This document shows, piece after piece, positions 1 to 9,080 of a stretch of 64,000 nt of DNA. The DNA is from Bacteroidota bacterium. GTDB lineage: Bacteria > Bacteroidota > Bacteroidia > Flavobacteriales > Weeksellaceae. Numbering within the stretch: the stretch's first letter is position 1; every line of letters begins with the position of its first letter. The notes beneath the pieces are model-generated. The model saw only the letters and a program-made list of their open reading frames with translations, was not told the DNA's origin and did not search any database. Made by a program: the position numbers and the translations under genes. Location: assembly GCA_023458415.1 (NCBI GenBank), contig JAEWZO010000028.1, forward strand, positions 17,315 through 81,314, written 5' to 3'.

Positions 1-81
1 ACCCTGTAAAGAAACTCGGAAACCACCTGCATAAACAAGCGCTCCGGCCAATAGTGCTGTTGTTACAACAATTTTTTTCAT
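1..81 (-). CDS. N-terminus of an outer-membrane transport protein, FadL/OMPP1-like (partial, continues past the window edge)
   Basis: The reverse complement of 1..81 reads MKKIVVTTALLAGALVYAGGFRVSLQG, with ATG at 79..81. This is a signal peptide followed by the GGF-x-V-x-LQG start typical of Bacteroidetes FadL-family porins. Only 27 aa are visible. Confidence 0.45.
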   Translation of the reverse strand, partial: MKKIVVTTALLAGALVYAGGFRVSLQG

Positions 82-438
82 ATATAATTTTTAATACTTT
101 CCCAAATATAAAATTATTTCTGAAACATATGTTAAGAATTCTTAAAGTTTTTAAAACAACAATTATTCTATCAATAATGTTTAAGAACTGAATTAATGTA
201 GTTTACAACGTAAATGTCCATTAGATAAAGCATTGGGAATATATTCGAAATCATGAAAAATCTACGTTTAAATCAAACATTTTAAGTTTTTTAACATTTT
301 CCATAAATCAATATTATTACATTTCTAATATTTTTCAGATTTTCTTAAACAATTTTGCAGAGGAAATCAGTTCCTTTAAAATATTCATTTTTGAGAAGTC
401 CCTGAGAAATGTAAAGACCTTGTGCAAAAAAATTATAC

Positions 439-446
439 TAAATTTG
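439..446 (+). promoter_or_regulatory. Bacteroidetes sigma-A -7 element (TAnnTTTG)
   Basis: TAAATTTG lies 21 nt upstream of the ATG at 468. This is a motif match only. Confidence 0.4.
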
Positions 447-467
447 CAGATATATAAATAATATAAT

Positions 468-1781
468 ATGAGTTGTGGATGCAAAACATCCGGCGATTCT
501 GCCCACTCTTGCGGCACAAAAGCAAGTACGGCATGCAGCAGTGTAGATACTTGTGGTAACAGCTATAAATTAAGTGTTTTTGATTGGCTTTCCAATGTTG
601 GAAGTCCGGCTCAAACGGAAACAGATTTTGTTGAAGTCCGTTTCAAAAACGACAGAAAATGTTTTTACAAGAATGTAAACAAACTTCCGGTTCATATCGG
701 AAGTATTGTTGCGGTAGAATCCAGTCCGGGTCATGATATAGGCGTGGTAAGCCTCACCGGAGAGCTGGTTAAAATTCAGATGAAGAAGAAAAATGCTTCA
801 GAAGAAAACCCTCTTAGAATTTACCGTCTTGCCAACCAGAAAGATGTAGAAACTTGGCAGGAAGTTCGAAATAAAGAAGAGCGCGTAAAAAAAGAAGCCC
901 GCTCAATAGCTAAACATCTGCGCCTGCAGATGAAAATTACGGATGTTGAATTTCAGGGCGACGGTGGAAAGGTAACTTTTTACTACACCGCTGATAATCG
1001 AGTGGATTTCAGACAGTTAATTAAAGAATATGCCGCTGCATTCCGTACAAAAATCGACATGAAACAAATCGGTTTCCGACAGGAAGCTGCAAAAGTGGGA
1101 GGAATCGGCTCTTGCGGACGAGAACTTTGCTGCTCTTCATGGCTTACTGATTTCCGGTCAGTGAACACAAATGCTGCACGTTATCAGCAACTTAGCATTA
1201 ATCCACAGAAACTCGCAGGACAATGCGGAAAACTGAAATGTTGTCTTAATTACGAACTCGACAGCTACCTTGATGCACTTTCTGATTTCCCTTCAACTTC
1301 AACTACTTTAGATACAGAAAAAGGTAAAGCTTTCTGTATCAAAATTGATGTCTTCAAGAAAAGAATGTGGTTTGCTTATGTTGATAATTCAATGGCTTGG
1401 TACGATCTTGACACCAAAGAAGTTAAAAACCTGATTTTCAAGAACAAAAAAGGAGAAAAAGCACCTCCGCTGGAAGATCTTAAAACCTATGACGCACCTG
1501 TGAAATCAGTGGATTTAATTCAGGAAAATAATGTTGACCGCTTCGAGCGCAAAAAAAGAAGTTCAAACAGAAACCGTCCGAAGAAAAACGACGGTAACAA
1601 CAACAATCAGAAACGTACAGAAGGTAGCAACCAAAGAAAAGACAACCGCAAACCTGCACAGAATTCTGCAGATAAATCTCAGCAAAACGGCGAGCAGAAA
1701 AGAAGTCAGAATCAGGGTAAGAAAGGTCCTAATAAAAATTACAAGAAAAAACCTCAGCAAAAACGTGAAGGGGATGCATAA
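468..1781 (+). CDS. PSP1 domain protein (YaaT/RicT-like) with Cys-rich N-terminus and K/N/Q-rich basic tail
   Basis: The 437-aa ORF carries the PSP1 C-terminal signature GGIGSCGRELCCSSWL...GQCGKLKCCLNYE. The last ~90 aa are low-complexity and basic (RKKRSSNRNRPKKNDGNNNNQKR...). Confidence 0.85.
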   Translation: MSCGCKTSGDSAHSCGTKASTACSSVDTCGNSYKLSVFDWLSNVGSPAQTETDFVEVRFKNDRKCFYKNVNKLPVHIGSIVAVESSPGHDIGVVSLTGELVKIQMKKKNASEENPLRIYRLANQKDVETWQEVRNKEERVKKEARSIAKHLRLQMKITDVEFQGDGGKVTFYYTADNRVDFRQLIKEYAAAFRTKIDMKQIGFRQEAAKVGGIGSCGRELCCSSWLTDFRSVNTNAARYQQLSINPQKLAGQCGKLKCCLNYELDSYLDALSDFPSTSTTLDTEKGKAFCIKIDVFKKRMWFAYVDNSMAWYDLDTKEVKNLIFKNKKGEKAPPLEDLKTYDAPVKSVDLIQENNVDRFERKKRSSNRNRPKKNDGNNNNQKRTEGSNQRKDNRKPAQNSADKSQQNGEQKRSQNQGKKGPNKNYKKKPQQKREGDA

Positions 1782-2238
1782 GATTTTAGGCTTTTTCATC
1801 GTTGTACTCTCGGTGCTTTCGTGTTCAAAAGCTGGAGAAACGGTTGAAATGAAAAGCCTGAACAGCGCGTGGAACAAGAAAGCAGAGCAAAAGTTCAGCG
1901 TCAACATCAGCGATTCGCAGAACCCAAAAAACATTATATTTGTTGTAAGGAACAATAACGATTATCCCTACAGTAATCTGAGGCTAATCGTAAAGTTTTT
2001 AGATGTTCAGACAAAGAAAGAAACGGTGGATACACTGAACTACGTGTTGGCTAAACCTTCCGGTGAATGGATTGGATCCGGATTTGGCGAAACCAAGGAA
2101 ACACTGTTTCAGTATAAAATTAATTATAAATTCCCGACGAACGGAACATACACTTTCGGCGTAACACAAGCAATGAGAAAAGATATTCTTCCGGGAATTG
2201 AAGATATTGGTGTAAAAATAGAAACGGCACAACCGTAA
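1774..2238 (+). CDS. gldH: Gliding-motility/T9SS-associated lipoprotein GldH
   Basis: An internal ATG at 1774 gives MHKILGFFIVVLSVLSCSK, with a lipobox (LSC). The conserved GldH core VRNNNDYPYSNLRLIV follows, and the start overlaps the PSP1 stop by 8 nt. The ORF-track extension back to 1531 lies in the PSP1 tail and is not credible. Confidence 0.85.
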   Translation: MHKILGFFIVVLSVLSCSKAGETVEMKSLNSAWNKKAEQKFSVNISDSQNPKNIIFVVRNNNDYPYSNLRLIVKFLDVQTKKETVDTLNYVLAKPSGEWIGSGFGETKETLFQYKINYKFPTNGTYTFGVTQAMRKDILPGIEDIGVKIETAQP

Positions 2239-2247
2239 GCATCATTT

Positions 2248-4632
2248 ATGGAAAACAAAAAAACAAAAACAGGAAACAAGAAACAGTTTCCTTTGCCTCC
2301 TCAAAAACCTAAAAACAGAGGATGGAAGAAATGGGTAAAATTCATCTGGGCAGCAGTAGTTTTTGCTGTGTTGGGAATTGCAGGCCTTTTCTTTGCAGTT
2401 TCCCAGGGTTTTCTTGGTGAAATGCCCGACGTAAAAGAACTTGAAAATCCCGATATTTATGTAGCCTCCGAAATCTATTCTTCAGACGGTATACTCCTCG
2501 GAAAATTCGAGAAAGAAAAAACACAACCGATAACGTACAAGCAACTTCCGCCACACCTAATTTACGCGTTGCAGGCAAAGGAGGACGAACGTTTTAAAGA
2601 GCATTCCGGGATTGATCTTCAGTCTGTAGGACGTGCAGTTTTCTACGGTGGTAAACGTGGTGGTGGATCAACGATTACACAGCAGTTGGCAAAACTACTT
2701 TTTACAGAACGAGTTTCGCAGAACAAAGTTCAGAGAGCTTTTCAAAAGTTGAAAGAATGGGTAGTTGCTGTAAGTCTCGAAAAACGATATACCAAGGAAG
2801 AAATTATCACACTGTATTTCAACAAGTTCGATTTTGTGAACAATGCGAACGGAATTGAAATGGCTTCCCGAATTTATTTCAATAAAAGTACACCGCAACT
2901 TACTTTACCTGAAGCGGCTACATTTGTTGCAATGCTGGAAAATCCGGTTAAAAATAATCCTAAAAGATTCCCTGAACGCGCGAAAGAAAGACGCGATGTC
3001 GTTTTGGATCAGATGGTGAAAACAGGTTATCTTGATCAGGCTACCTACGAAAAAGCGGCCAATACACCTGTAAAAATAGATTTCCGTCCAGTAAAATCAA
3101 TTGATGAGGGATATTCAGCGTACTACAAATTTTACCTTAGAAAAGAAATCGACAAATACCTTAAAGACTACGAAAAGCAAACCGGGAAAACATTAAATCT
3201 GTTTAAAGACGGTTTAAAAATCTACGTAACTCTGGATTCCAAAATGCAGGTTTATGCAGAGGAAGCCATGAAAGAGCACCTTACCGATCTGCAAAGAAGG
3301 TTTGATGCAGAACAGCGCGGAAGAAAAAACCGCCCGTTCTACCTTATCTCTGAAAAGCAGGCAAACGACATCATGGTACAGGCAATGAAGCGTACCGGCA
3401 GATACAAACAGTTGAAAGCAGCCGGTATTTCTGAAGACTCCATCATGCTGGATTTCAAAACACCAACACAAACTTCCAGATTTACCTGGAACGGTGAAGA
3501 AGAAGTTGAAATGTCACCGTGGGATTCAATACGTTATCACAAGCAGATTGCACAGGCAGGTTTAATGTCTATGGTTCCTGGTACTGGGGAAATTAAAGCC
3601 TGGGTTGGTGGAATTAACTGGCAGCATTTCCAGTACGACCATATTAAGCAGGGAAAAAGACAGGTAGGTTCAACATTTAAACCGTTTGTTTACGCTACAG
3701 CGATAATGAAGCTGGGAATGACGCCTTGTTCGACGGTTTCTAACGCAACTTATACCAAAGGAAGTTGGAGAGTTTTAGGTTCTGGCGGTTCTCTTACTTT
3801 ACGAGATGCTTTGGCACACTCCAAAAACCCGGTTGCAATTCGACTGATCGAGATGACTGGCGTGAAGAGTGTTGTACAGCTCGCCAGAGATTTGGGAGTG
3901 AGTGAAGAAATACCAAATGAATACGCAGTGGCACTGGGATCTTCCGATATTACAATTTACGAAATGTTGGGTGCATACAGTACTTTTGCCAATTACGGTA
4001 ACTACATTAAACCGGAAATGATTTGGCGTATTGAAGATGCGAATGGCCGTGTAATCAAAGAAGTGAAACCAGCGCTGAAAGAAGTGATGAATGAACTGTA
4101 TGCCTATACAATGATTGATCTGATGAAAGGTGTTTCTGAATATGGTACAGCCGCAGGTGAACTTGGAAGAAGAGGCGTTCCGAAAGGAACTGAAATCGCT
4201 GCAAAAACCGGAACAACGGATAATAACTCCGATGGTTGGTTCATGGGAATTACTCCAAATCTTGCTACCGGAGTTTGGGTTGGTTGGGAAGACAGAGCAG
4301 CTCACTTTGCAAGTACCGGCGAAGGACAGGGTGCGAAAATGGCACTTCCGATCTGGGCAATTTTCATGAAAAAAGTCTGGGCCGATGAAGAACTTGGAAT
4401 TTCTCCGGAAGACAAGTTTGTTAAACCATCTAACTGGACAGGTAACTGCGCCGATCTTCAAGGTCTAGGTGGCGGATATGGCGATGATGGTGGTTTGCAA
4501 ACCTTGGAAGAACTGAAGAATCCTGAACCGGAAGAGCCGGTAAATACAGGTCCGAAACAGCCGACAGTTAGGAAAGAAGAAAACGTAAATGAAAAAATCA
4601 ACACCGGAGAGGAAATTGATTTTAACCAATAG
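2248..4632 (+). CDS. mrcA: Class A penicillin-binding protein 1A (transglycosylase/transpeptidase)
   Basis: 794 aa with an N-terminal TM segment. The GT51 motifs are EDERFKEHSGID and GGSTITQQLAK, and the transpeptidase motifs are STFKP, SKN and KTGTT. Confidence 0.95.
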   Translation: MENKKTKTGNKKQFPLPPQKPKNRGWKKWVKFIWAAVVFAVLGIAGLFFAVSQGFLGEMPDVKELENPDIYVASEIYSSDGILLGKFEKEKTQPITYKQLPPHLIYALQAKEDERFKEHSGIDLQSVGRAVFYGGKRGGGSTITQQLAKLLFTERVSQNKVQRAFQKLKEWVVAVSLEKRYTKEEIITLYFNKFDFVNNANGIEMASRIYFNKSTPQLTLPEAATFVAMLENPVKNNPKRFPERAKERRDVVLDQMVKTGYLDQATYEKAANTPVKIDFRPVKSIDEGYSAYYKFYLRKEIDKYLKDYEKQTGKTLNLFKDGLKIYVTLDSKMQVYAEEAMKEHLTDLQRRFDAEQRGRKNRPFYLISEKQANDIMVQAMKRTGRYKQLKAAGISEDSIMLDFKTPTQTSRFTWNGEEEVEMSPWDSIRYHKQIAQAGLMSMVPGTGEIKAWVGGINWQHFQYDHIKQGKRQVGSTFKPFVYATAIMKLGMTPCSTVSNATYTKGSWRVLGSGGSLTLRDALAHSKNPVAIRLIEMTGVKSVVQLARDLGVSEEIPNEYAVALGSSDITIYEMLGAYSTFANYGNYIKPEMIWRIEDANGRVIKEVKPALKEVMNELYAYTMIDLMKGVSEYGTAAGELGRRGVPKGTEIAAKTGTTDNNSDGWFMGITPNLATGVWVGWEDRAAHFASTGEGQGAKMALPIWAIFMKKVWADEELGISPEDKFVKPSNWTGNCADLQGLGGGYGDDGGLQTLEELKNPEPEEPVNTGPKQPTVRKEENVNEKINTGEEIDFNQ

Positions 4633-4654
4633 ACACACTTAACAATTCATAACG

Positions 4655-4693
4655 AATAACCTTTGGTAGATTTTACTGAAGGTTATTTTTTTT
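4655..4693 (+). terminator. Rho-independent terminator after mrcA
   Basis: Stem AATAACCTT (4655-4663) pairs with AAGGTTATT (4679-4687) and is followed by a T-run. Confidence 0.6.
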
Positions 4694-4708
4694 GCCGAAC
4701 TTTGAAAC

Positions 4709-6250
4709 ATGAACATAGACAGAATTACCCAAAAATTTATAGAAACTTTTCCGGGCGATTTTTCAGGAAATCCCATGCAGCGCCAAACACCAAAAGTGCT
4801 TTTCTCTACGATTGAACCGGTTGGCTTCGCAAATCCGAAACTCATTGCTTACAACGACCAACTTTCTGAAGATATTGGTCTAGGAATTTATCAGCCGGAG
4901 AATCTGAATTTTCTTGTCGGGAACCATTTGCCGGAAAATATTCGTCCGTACGCAACTGCTTATGCAGGTCATCAGTTCGGCAACTGGGCTGGACAACTTG
5001 GCGACGGTAGAGCAATTTTTGCAGGTGAAATAACGAATTCTGATGGAAATACCAATGAAATTCAGTGGAAAGGAGCCGGAGCGACACCTTACTCACGACA
5101 TGCGGACGGACGTGCAGTTTTGCGGTCATCCGTGCGCGAATTTTTGATGAGTGAAGCGATGCATCATCTCGGAATTCCGACCACGCGTGCCTTGAGCTTA
5201 GCATTTACAGGAGAAGACCTAATGCGCGACATTATGTACGACGGAAATCCGGAGCTCGAAAAGGGCGCCGTTATGATTCGCACCGCGGAAAGTTTTCTTC
5301 GGATGGGACATTTCGAGTTGCTTTCTGCACAAAATGAAACAGAAACCCTGAAACAACTTGCTGATTTTACAATTGAAAACTATTTTCCTGAAATCGATAC
5401 CAAATCGGAAGAGAAATACTTTTTGTTGTTTCAGGAAATTGCAAATCTCACATCAGATCTTATTGTAGATTGGCTTCGAGTCGGTTTTGTTCACGGGGTG
5501 ATGAACACAGACAATATGTCGCTTTTGGGATTAACGATTGATTACGGTCCGTTTTCGTTTCTGGACGAATACAGTCTGAATTTTACGCCGAACACAACTG
5601 ATCTTCCCGACAGAAGATATGCATTCGGAAACCAACCGAAAATTGCACAGTGGAATTTATGGCAATTGGCCAACGCACTGTTTCCGTTGATTAAGGATGA
5701 ACAAAAACTGGAGCAGACTCTGAACCAGTTTGGAACCGATTTCTGGAAAAAACACGATCAAATGATGGCGTCAAAACTTGGCCTCGATTCTGTTTTGCAA
5801 GGTGATGACGAACTTTTTACAGGACTTCAGTCTTTAATGGAAAATCTGGAATTGGATTACACGCTTTTCTTCCGACAGCTGGAAACCTGGAAAAACTCCG
5901 AAGATGCCGAAGCTCATTTTGCTCAGACATTTTATTCGCCTGTAACCACTGAGAAACTCAATGCCCTTAGAATGTTTCTGGACGATTATGAAATAAGGCT
6001 TCAGAAAAATTCAATAACATCGGAAGAATCAAAACAACTGATGAAAAAGAACAATCCAAAATTCATTCTGCGCAATTATCTTCTGTTCGAGTGCATTCAG
6101 GAACTTAATGAAGGTAAGAAAGAACTTTTCGAAAAACTCTGGACTGCCCTGAAAAACCCATACGAAGAAGTGCATCCTGAATTTTCAGCAAAAAGGCCTT
6201 CAAAATACAACAGTACACCCGGCTGTTCTACGTTGTCGTGCAGTTCGTAG
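4709..6250 (+). CDS. selO: Protein adenylyltransferase SelO/YdiU family (pseudokinase-fold AMPylase)
   Basis: 513 aa with YAGHQFGNWAGQLGDGRA, GRAVLRSSVREFLMSEAMHHLGIPTTRAL and HGVMNTDNMS. The C-terminus ends ...LSCSS. Confidence 0.9.
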   Translation: MNIDRITQKFIETFPGDFSGNPMQRQTPKVLFSTIEPVGFANPKLIAYNDQLSEDIGLGIYQPENLNFLVGNHLPENIRPYATAYAGHQFGNWAGQLGDGRAIFAGEITNSDGNTNEIQWKGAGATPYSRHADGRAVLRSSVREFLMSEAMHHLGIPTTRALSLAFTGEDLMRDIMYDGNPELEKGAVMIRTAESFLRMGHFELLSAQNETETLKQLADFTIENYFPEIDTKSEEKYFLLFQEIANLTSDLIVDWLRVGFVHGVMNTDNMSLLGLTIDYGPFSFLDEYSLNFTPNTTDLPDRRYAFGNQPKIAQWNLWQLANALFPLIKDEQKLEQTLNQFGTDFWKKHDQMMASKLGLDSVLQGDDELFTGLQSLMENLELDYTLFFRQLETWKNSEDAEAHFAQTFYSPVTTEKLNALRMFLDDYEIRLQKNSITSEESKQLMKKNNPKFILRNYLLFECIQELNEGKKELFEKLWTALKNPYEEVHPEFSAKRPSKYNSTPGCSTLSCSS

Positions 6251-6257
6251 AAATCCT

Positions 6258-6265
6258 TATTTTTG
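6258..6265 (+). promoter_or_regulatory. Possible -7 element (TATTTTTG) upstream of the membrane-protein gene
   Basis: This is an exact TAnnTTTG match. It overlaps the TTG at 6263 that the ORF track uses as start, which argues for the downstream in-frame TTG at 6281. Confidence 0.3.
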
Positions 6266-7552
6266 CCGAAATTTCAGAGCTTGATCTTCCTACAAAAACT
6301 GAAAAGTTTCTTTAAAACTGCATTTCCGGAAAACCGCACAGAGCTGTTTTTATTTTTGGTTTTGGTTACCGCTTACGGAATTCTGGGATCTGATGTTGCT
6401 CTTAATTACCGAATTATTTTCGACAACCGGATTCCGTGGGATGGTTATTTCAGTTTTGATAACCGCTCTGTTATTCTAAATGGCGGTGGCGTTGAAAGGC
6501 ATCCGTTCTCTCAATATTTTTTTGATACCATCCGCGAATTTGCACTGCTGTTTTCCAACGGGAAGAAAAACGACATATTTCGATTGGTTTTGGCGTGTTG
6601 CAGCAATTTTGCCATCAGTCTAAGTATCGTTTTGGTATTTAAATATCTAAACAATATTATCCAACTTCCAAAAAGAATCAGCTTTCTGATTATTGCGATT
6701 TATGCATTCTTTTCCACTAATATTCTGCTTTCCTTCACGCCGGAGAATTACACTTTTACGCTACTGCTTCTGATTCTTTTCAATTATTATGTTGCGCTTA
6801 AATTCAGAAAAGAAAAGAAGATTCCACTTACAGCTTTAACTCTTGGCGGAATTGCCATCGGTGGTTTTACAATTACGAATGTGGTGAAAGTTTTCATTCC
6901 TGTTTTTTTTGAACGCAACTTTTTCAAATCTTTCAAAGCGTTTTACTCAGGAGTATTACGAATTCTGATAACTTCTGCGGTATTCATATTGCTGGTTCTG
7001 TGGCGGTTAGATTTTAGATTTCAGAAATTCTTTGAAAAATCCGAAGCTGAACTGGAAAAATTCTCACAGTACGATTCCACACCGTTGTGGGATATGATAG
7101 TTTCGTGGTTTTATGGCGGAACAATTCTTTTTCCTGGCTTCATCATCAGAGATCACAAAGCGAAAAATTACGAGTTTGAAGCCATCTATATGGATGTTTT
7201 CAGCTCTCCGTTTTCTTACCTGTTTGTAGGAATTATTGCAAGTTTATTATTCTGGAGCTACGTAAAGAATTTTCGGAACCGGCTTGTACAAATTCTGGCA
7301 ATTTCTTTTCTCTTTGATTTTGTGATTCACTGTGTTTTGCGATTTGGGCTACACACAGCTTATATTTACGGAGGACATTTCGTTTTTGTATTTCCGATAG
7401 TTATTGGGTGGCTTTTTTATGCATTTAGAAACTCGCCCAAGATTACATCGGCACTTTACTCTGTTCTCATCATTCTTCTGATGTATCTCGGCATCAATAA
7501 TTTTATCAGAATGGAAGAGTTCTTTCAGTTTCTGGAGAACTATCACCAATAA
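6263..7552 (+). CDS. Polytopic inner-membrane protein of unknown function
   Basis: 429-aa ORF with about 10 hydrophobic segments and no motif I recognise. No in-frame ATG occurs in the first ~270 codons. Candidate starts are TTG 6263 or TTG 6281, so the start is uncertain. Confidence 0.7.
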   Translation: MPKFQSLIFLQKLKSFFKTAFPENRTELFLFLVLVTAYGILGSDVALNYRIIFDNRIPWDGYFSFDNRSVILNGGGVERHPFSQYFFDTIREFALLFSNGKKNDIFRLVLACCSNFAISLSIVLVFKYLNNIIQLPKRISFLIIAIYAFFSTNILLSFTPENYTFTLLLLILFNYYVALKFRKEKKIPLTALTLGGIAIGGFTITNVVKVFIPVFFERNFFKSFKAFYSGVLRILITSAVFILLVLWRLDFRFQKFFEKSEAELEKFSQYDSTPLWDMIVSWFYGGTILFPGFIIRDHKAKNYEFEAIYMDVFSSPFSYLFVGIIASLLFWSYVKNFRNRLVQILAISFLFDFVIHCVLRFGLHTAYIYGGHFVFVFPIVIGWLFYAFRNSPKITSALYSVLIILLMYLGINNFIRMEEFFQFLENYHQ

Positions 7553-7577
7553 AAAAGCCGTCTTACGACAGCTTTAA
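7551..7577 (-). terminator. Terminator hairpin between convergent genes
   Basis: AAAGCCGTC-TTAC-GACAGCTTT forms one G-U pair on the minus-strand RNA. A U-run follows on the minus strand, downstream of the TPR gene, while the plus-strand T-run is weak. Confidence 0.5.
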
Positions 7578-7591
7578 TTATTTCAGAAAAA

Positions 7592-8959
7592 TTACTTTTT
7601 CTTGGTTTTAAGTTTGCCGGCTTCACGGATGAAAGGATATTTCTGCTGCATATCTTCCAGCAATTGTGGATCAAGTTCCAACGCGATAGTCAGTGCATTT
7701 TTTCCCTGTTTTTGGTTATTCAGGTGGAAATAGCAATTGCTCAGTTGATAATAAAGTTCCGCACGGTTATGAATTTTCACAGCTTCCTTCAGGAATAAAA
7801 CGGCTTCTTCATATTCACCGATTAACATCAGAACTTCAGAATACGCATACCAATTGTAGAAACGTTGCGGCTCAAAATCCACCAGTTTTTTCAGGCAGGT
7901 AAGACTCTCCTCAAACCTTCCGGAATCGATGTAAAGAAATGCAAGACGCTTCTGATATTCAAGATTATTTCCGTTCAGCGAAGCGGCTTCTTTGGCAAAG
8001 TGAAGCGCCTCTTTCATGCTTCCCATATCCTCATAAATGTAGCTTTGCTCCATCATTGAAAGGTAAAACTGCGGATCGTCGCGCAGAGATTTTTGGAAAG
8101 CGTTGAGCGCCATCACCGGCTGTTTTGCTTCTTTAAAACACAAGCCAATTTTGTAGTACGTAAAAGATTTTGTGTACTCCAGTTCAAGCATTTCCTCATA
8201 CACTGCAATCGCTTTCATCCACTCACCCATCGCTTCGTAACACGCAGCTTTATTGGCATAAACGCCTACTGAACCAGAGTTGATGGCCAAAAGATAATCG
8301 AATCCGCGAATCGCTTCTTCGTAATTTTTCTTGTTGACGTAGAACTGACCATACTCGTACCACGCAGTTTCGGAGAATGCGTATTTATCCAGATAACTGT
8401 TCAGAAACTCGATTGCTTCATCACTTTTGTTCAGTTGCGAAAAGCAAAGCATGGTGTTCTCCAGAGAATATTCGTCCATCGGATCGAAGTTCAGCGCCAG
8501 TTTATAATGCTTCAGCGCACTGAAAGGATCTTCCAGATTTACATATTCGTCTGCGATGAAATTGTGCAGAAAATTCTGTTCTTCCTGAAGTTCCAGAGCT
8601 TTTGTACAAAATTCAATAGATTTTCTCGGATTACCTAGGTTGGAGTAGTACTTCGCACAGCACACAAGAAAATCCGTGCTTTCCATTGAGGATTCGCGAA
8701 GTTCATCCATGATTTCTTTAGCCTGAACATGATTCTCCAACTCCAACAGAACCTCAAACTTTTTGGTTTTCAGTTCAAGTGACTGCGGATGGAGTTTCAG
8801 TCCGTAACTGCAGGCTAATTCTGCATAGGCGATATCGCCCAGTTCGAGATAGTGTATAATGATTTCCTCGTATTCTTCAGTATCGAAGTACAGTTCTTCA
8901 TTATTCTCCACCATCTCTTCGAACTTTTGTACCAGTTCGTTGTCAAAAAATTCTTCCAA
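7592..8959 (-). CDS. Tetratricopeptide-repeat protein
   Basis: 455 aa made of successive 34-aa TPR-like units (A-x-x-Y-Y-x-x-G / A-L-x-x-D-P patterns) along the whole length. Confidence 0.85.
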   Translation of the reverse strand: MEEFFDNELVQKFEEMVENNEELYFDTEEYEEIIIHYLELGDIAYAELACSYGLKLHPQSLELKTKKFEVLLELENHVQAKEIMDELRESSMESTDFLVCCAKYYSNLGNPRKSIEFCTKALELQEEQNFLHNFIADEYVNLEDPFSALKHYKLALNFDPMDEYSLENTMLCFSQLNKSDEAIEFLNSYLDKYAFSETAWYEYGQFYVNKKNYEEAIRGFDYLLAINSGSVGVYANKAACYEAMGEWMKAIAVYEEMLELEYTKSFTYYKIGLCFKEAKQPVMALNAFQKSLRDDPQFYLSMMEQSYIYEDMGSMKEALHFAKEAASLNGNNLEYQKRLAFLYIDSGRFEESLTCLKKLVDFEPQRFYNWYAYSEVLMLIGEYEEAVLFLKEAVKIHNRAELYYQLSNCYFHLNNQKQGKNALTIALELDPQLLEDMQQKYPFIREAGKLKTKKK

Positions 8960-9080
8960 TATTGTGTCTCAGCGTATTTCCAAAAGAGCAAATTTTCTTC
9001 ATTCCTTCGGAAAACCTATTTTATTAAACTTTTTAAATGTACATTTTCCGAACTAGAATTCAAAAAAATGTGCATAACTT

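Noticed and set aside
132-145. 14-bp perfect palindrome TTAAGAATTCTTAA in the divergent promoter region.
   Set aside because: It is an AT-rich palindrome in a very AT-rich spacer, occurs once, and matches no operator I know. Chance occurrence is plausible.
335-517. 60-aa minus-strand ORF across the PSP1 start.
   Set aside because: It overlaps the PSP1 promoter and start region, derives from AT-rich intergenic sequence, and has no supporting signals.
1531-1773. N-terminal extension of the gldH ORF in the ORF track (235-aa version).
   Set aside because: The extension is the +1 frame of the low-complexity PSP1 tail. A lipoprotein signal peptide starts at the internal ATG 1774, so only 1774-2238 is credible.
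3799-4461. 220-aa ORF antisense to mrcA. Similar long antisense ORFs occur at 44403-44921, 50909-51379, 1563-1955, 40898-41317, 31862-32287 and 26432-26836.
   Set aside because: All lie fully inside well-supported genes on the opposite strand. Their composition is shadow-ORF-like (Cys/Phe/Ser/Arg-rich, no motifs), and they have no promoter or terminator of their own.
7668-7676. Isolated 1-mismatch DnaA-box-like 9-mer (TGTGGATCA) inside the TPR gene.
   Set aside because: It is a single intragenic hit of the kind expected by chance in 64 kb and is not part of a cluster.
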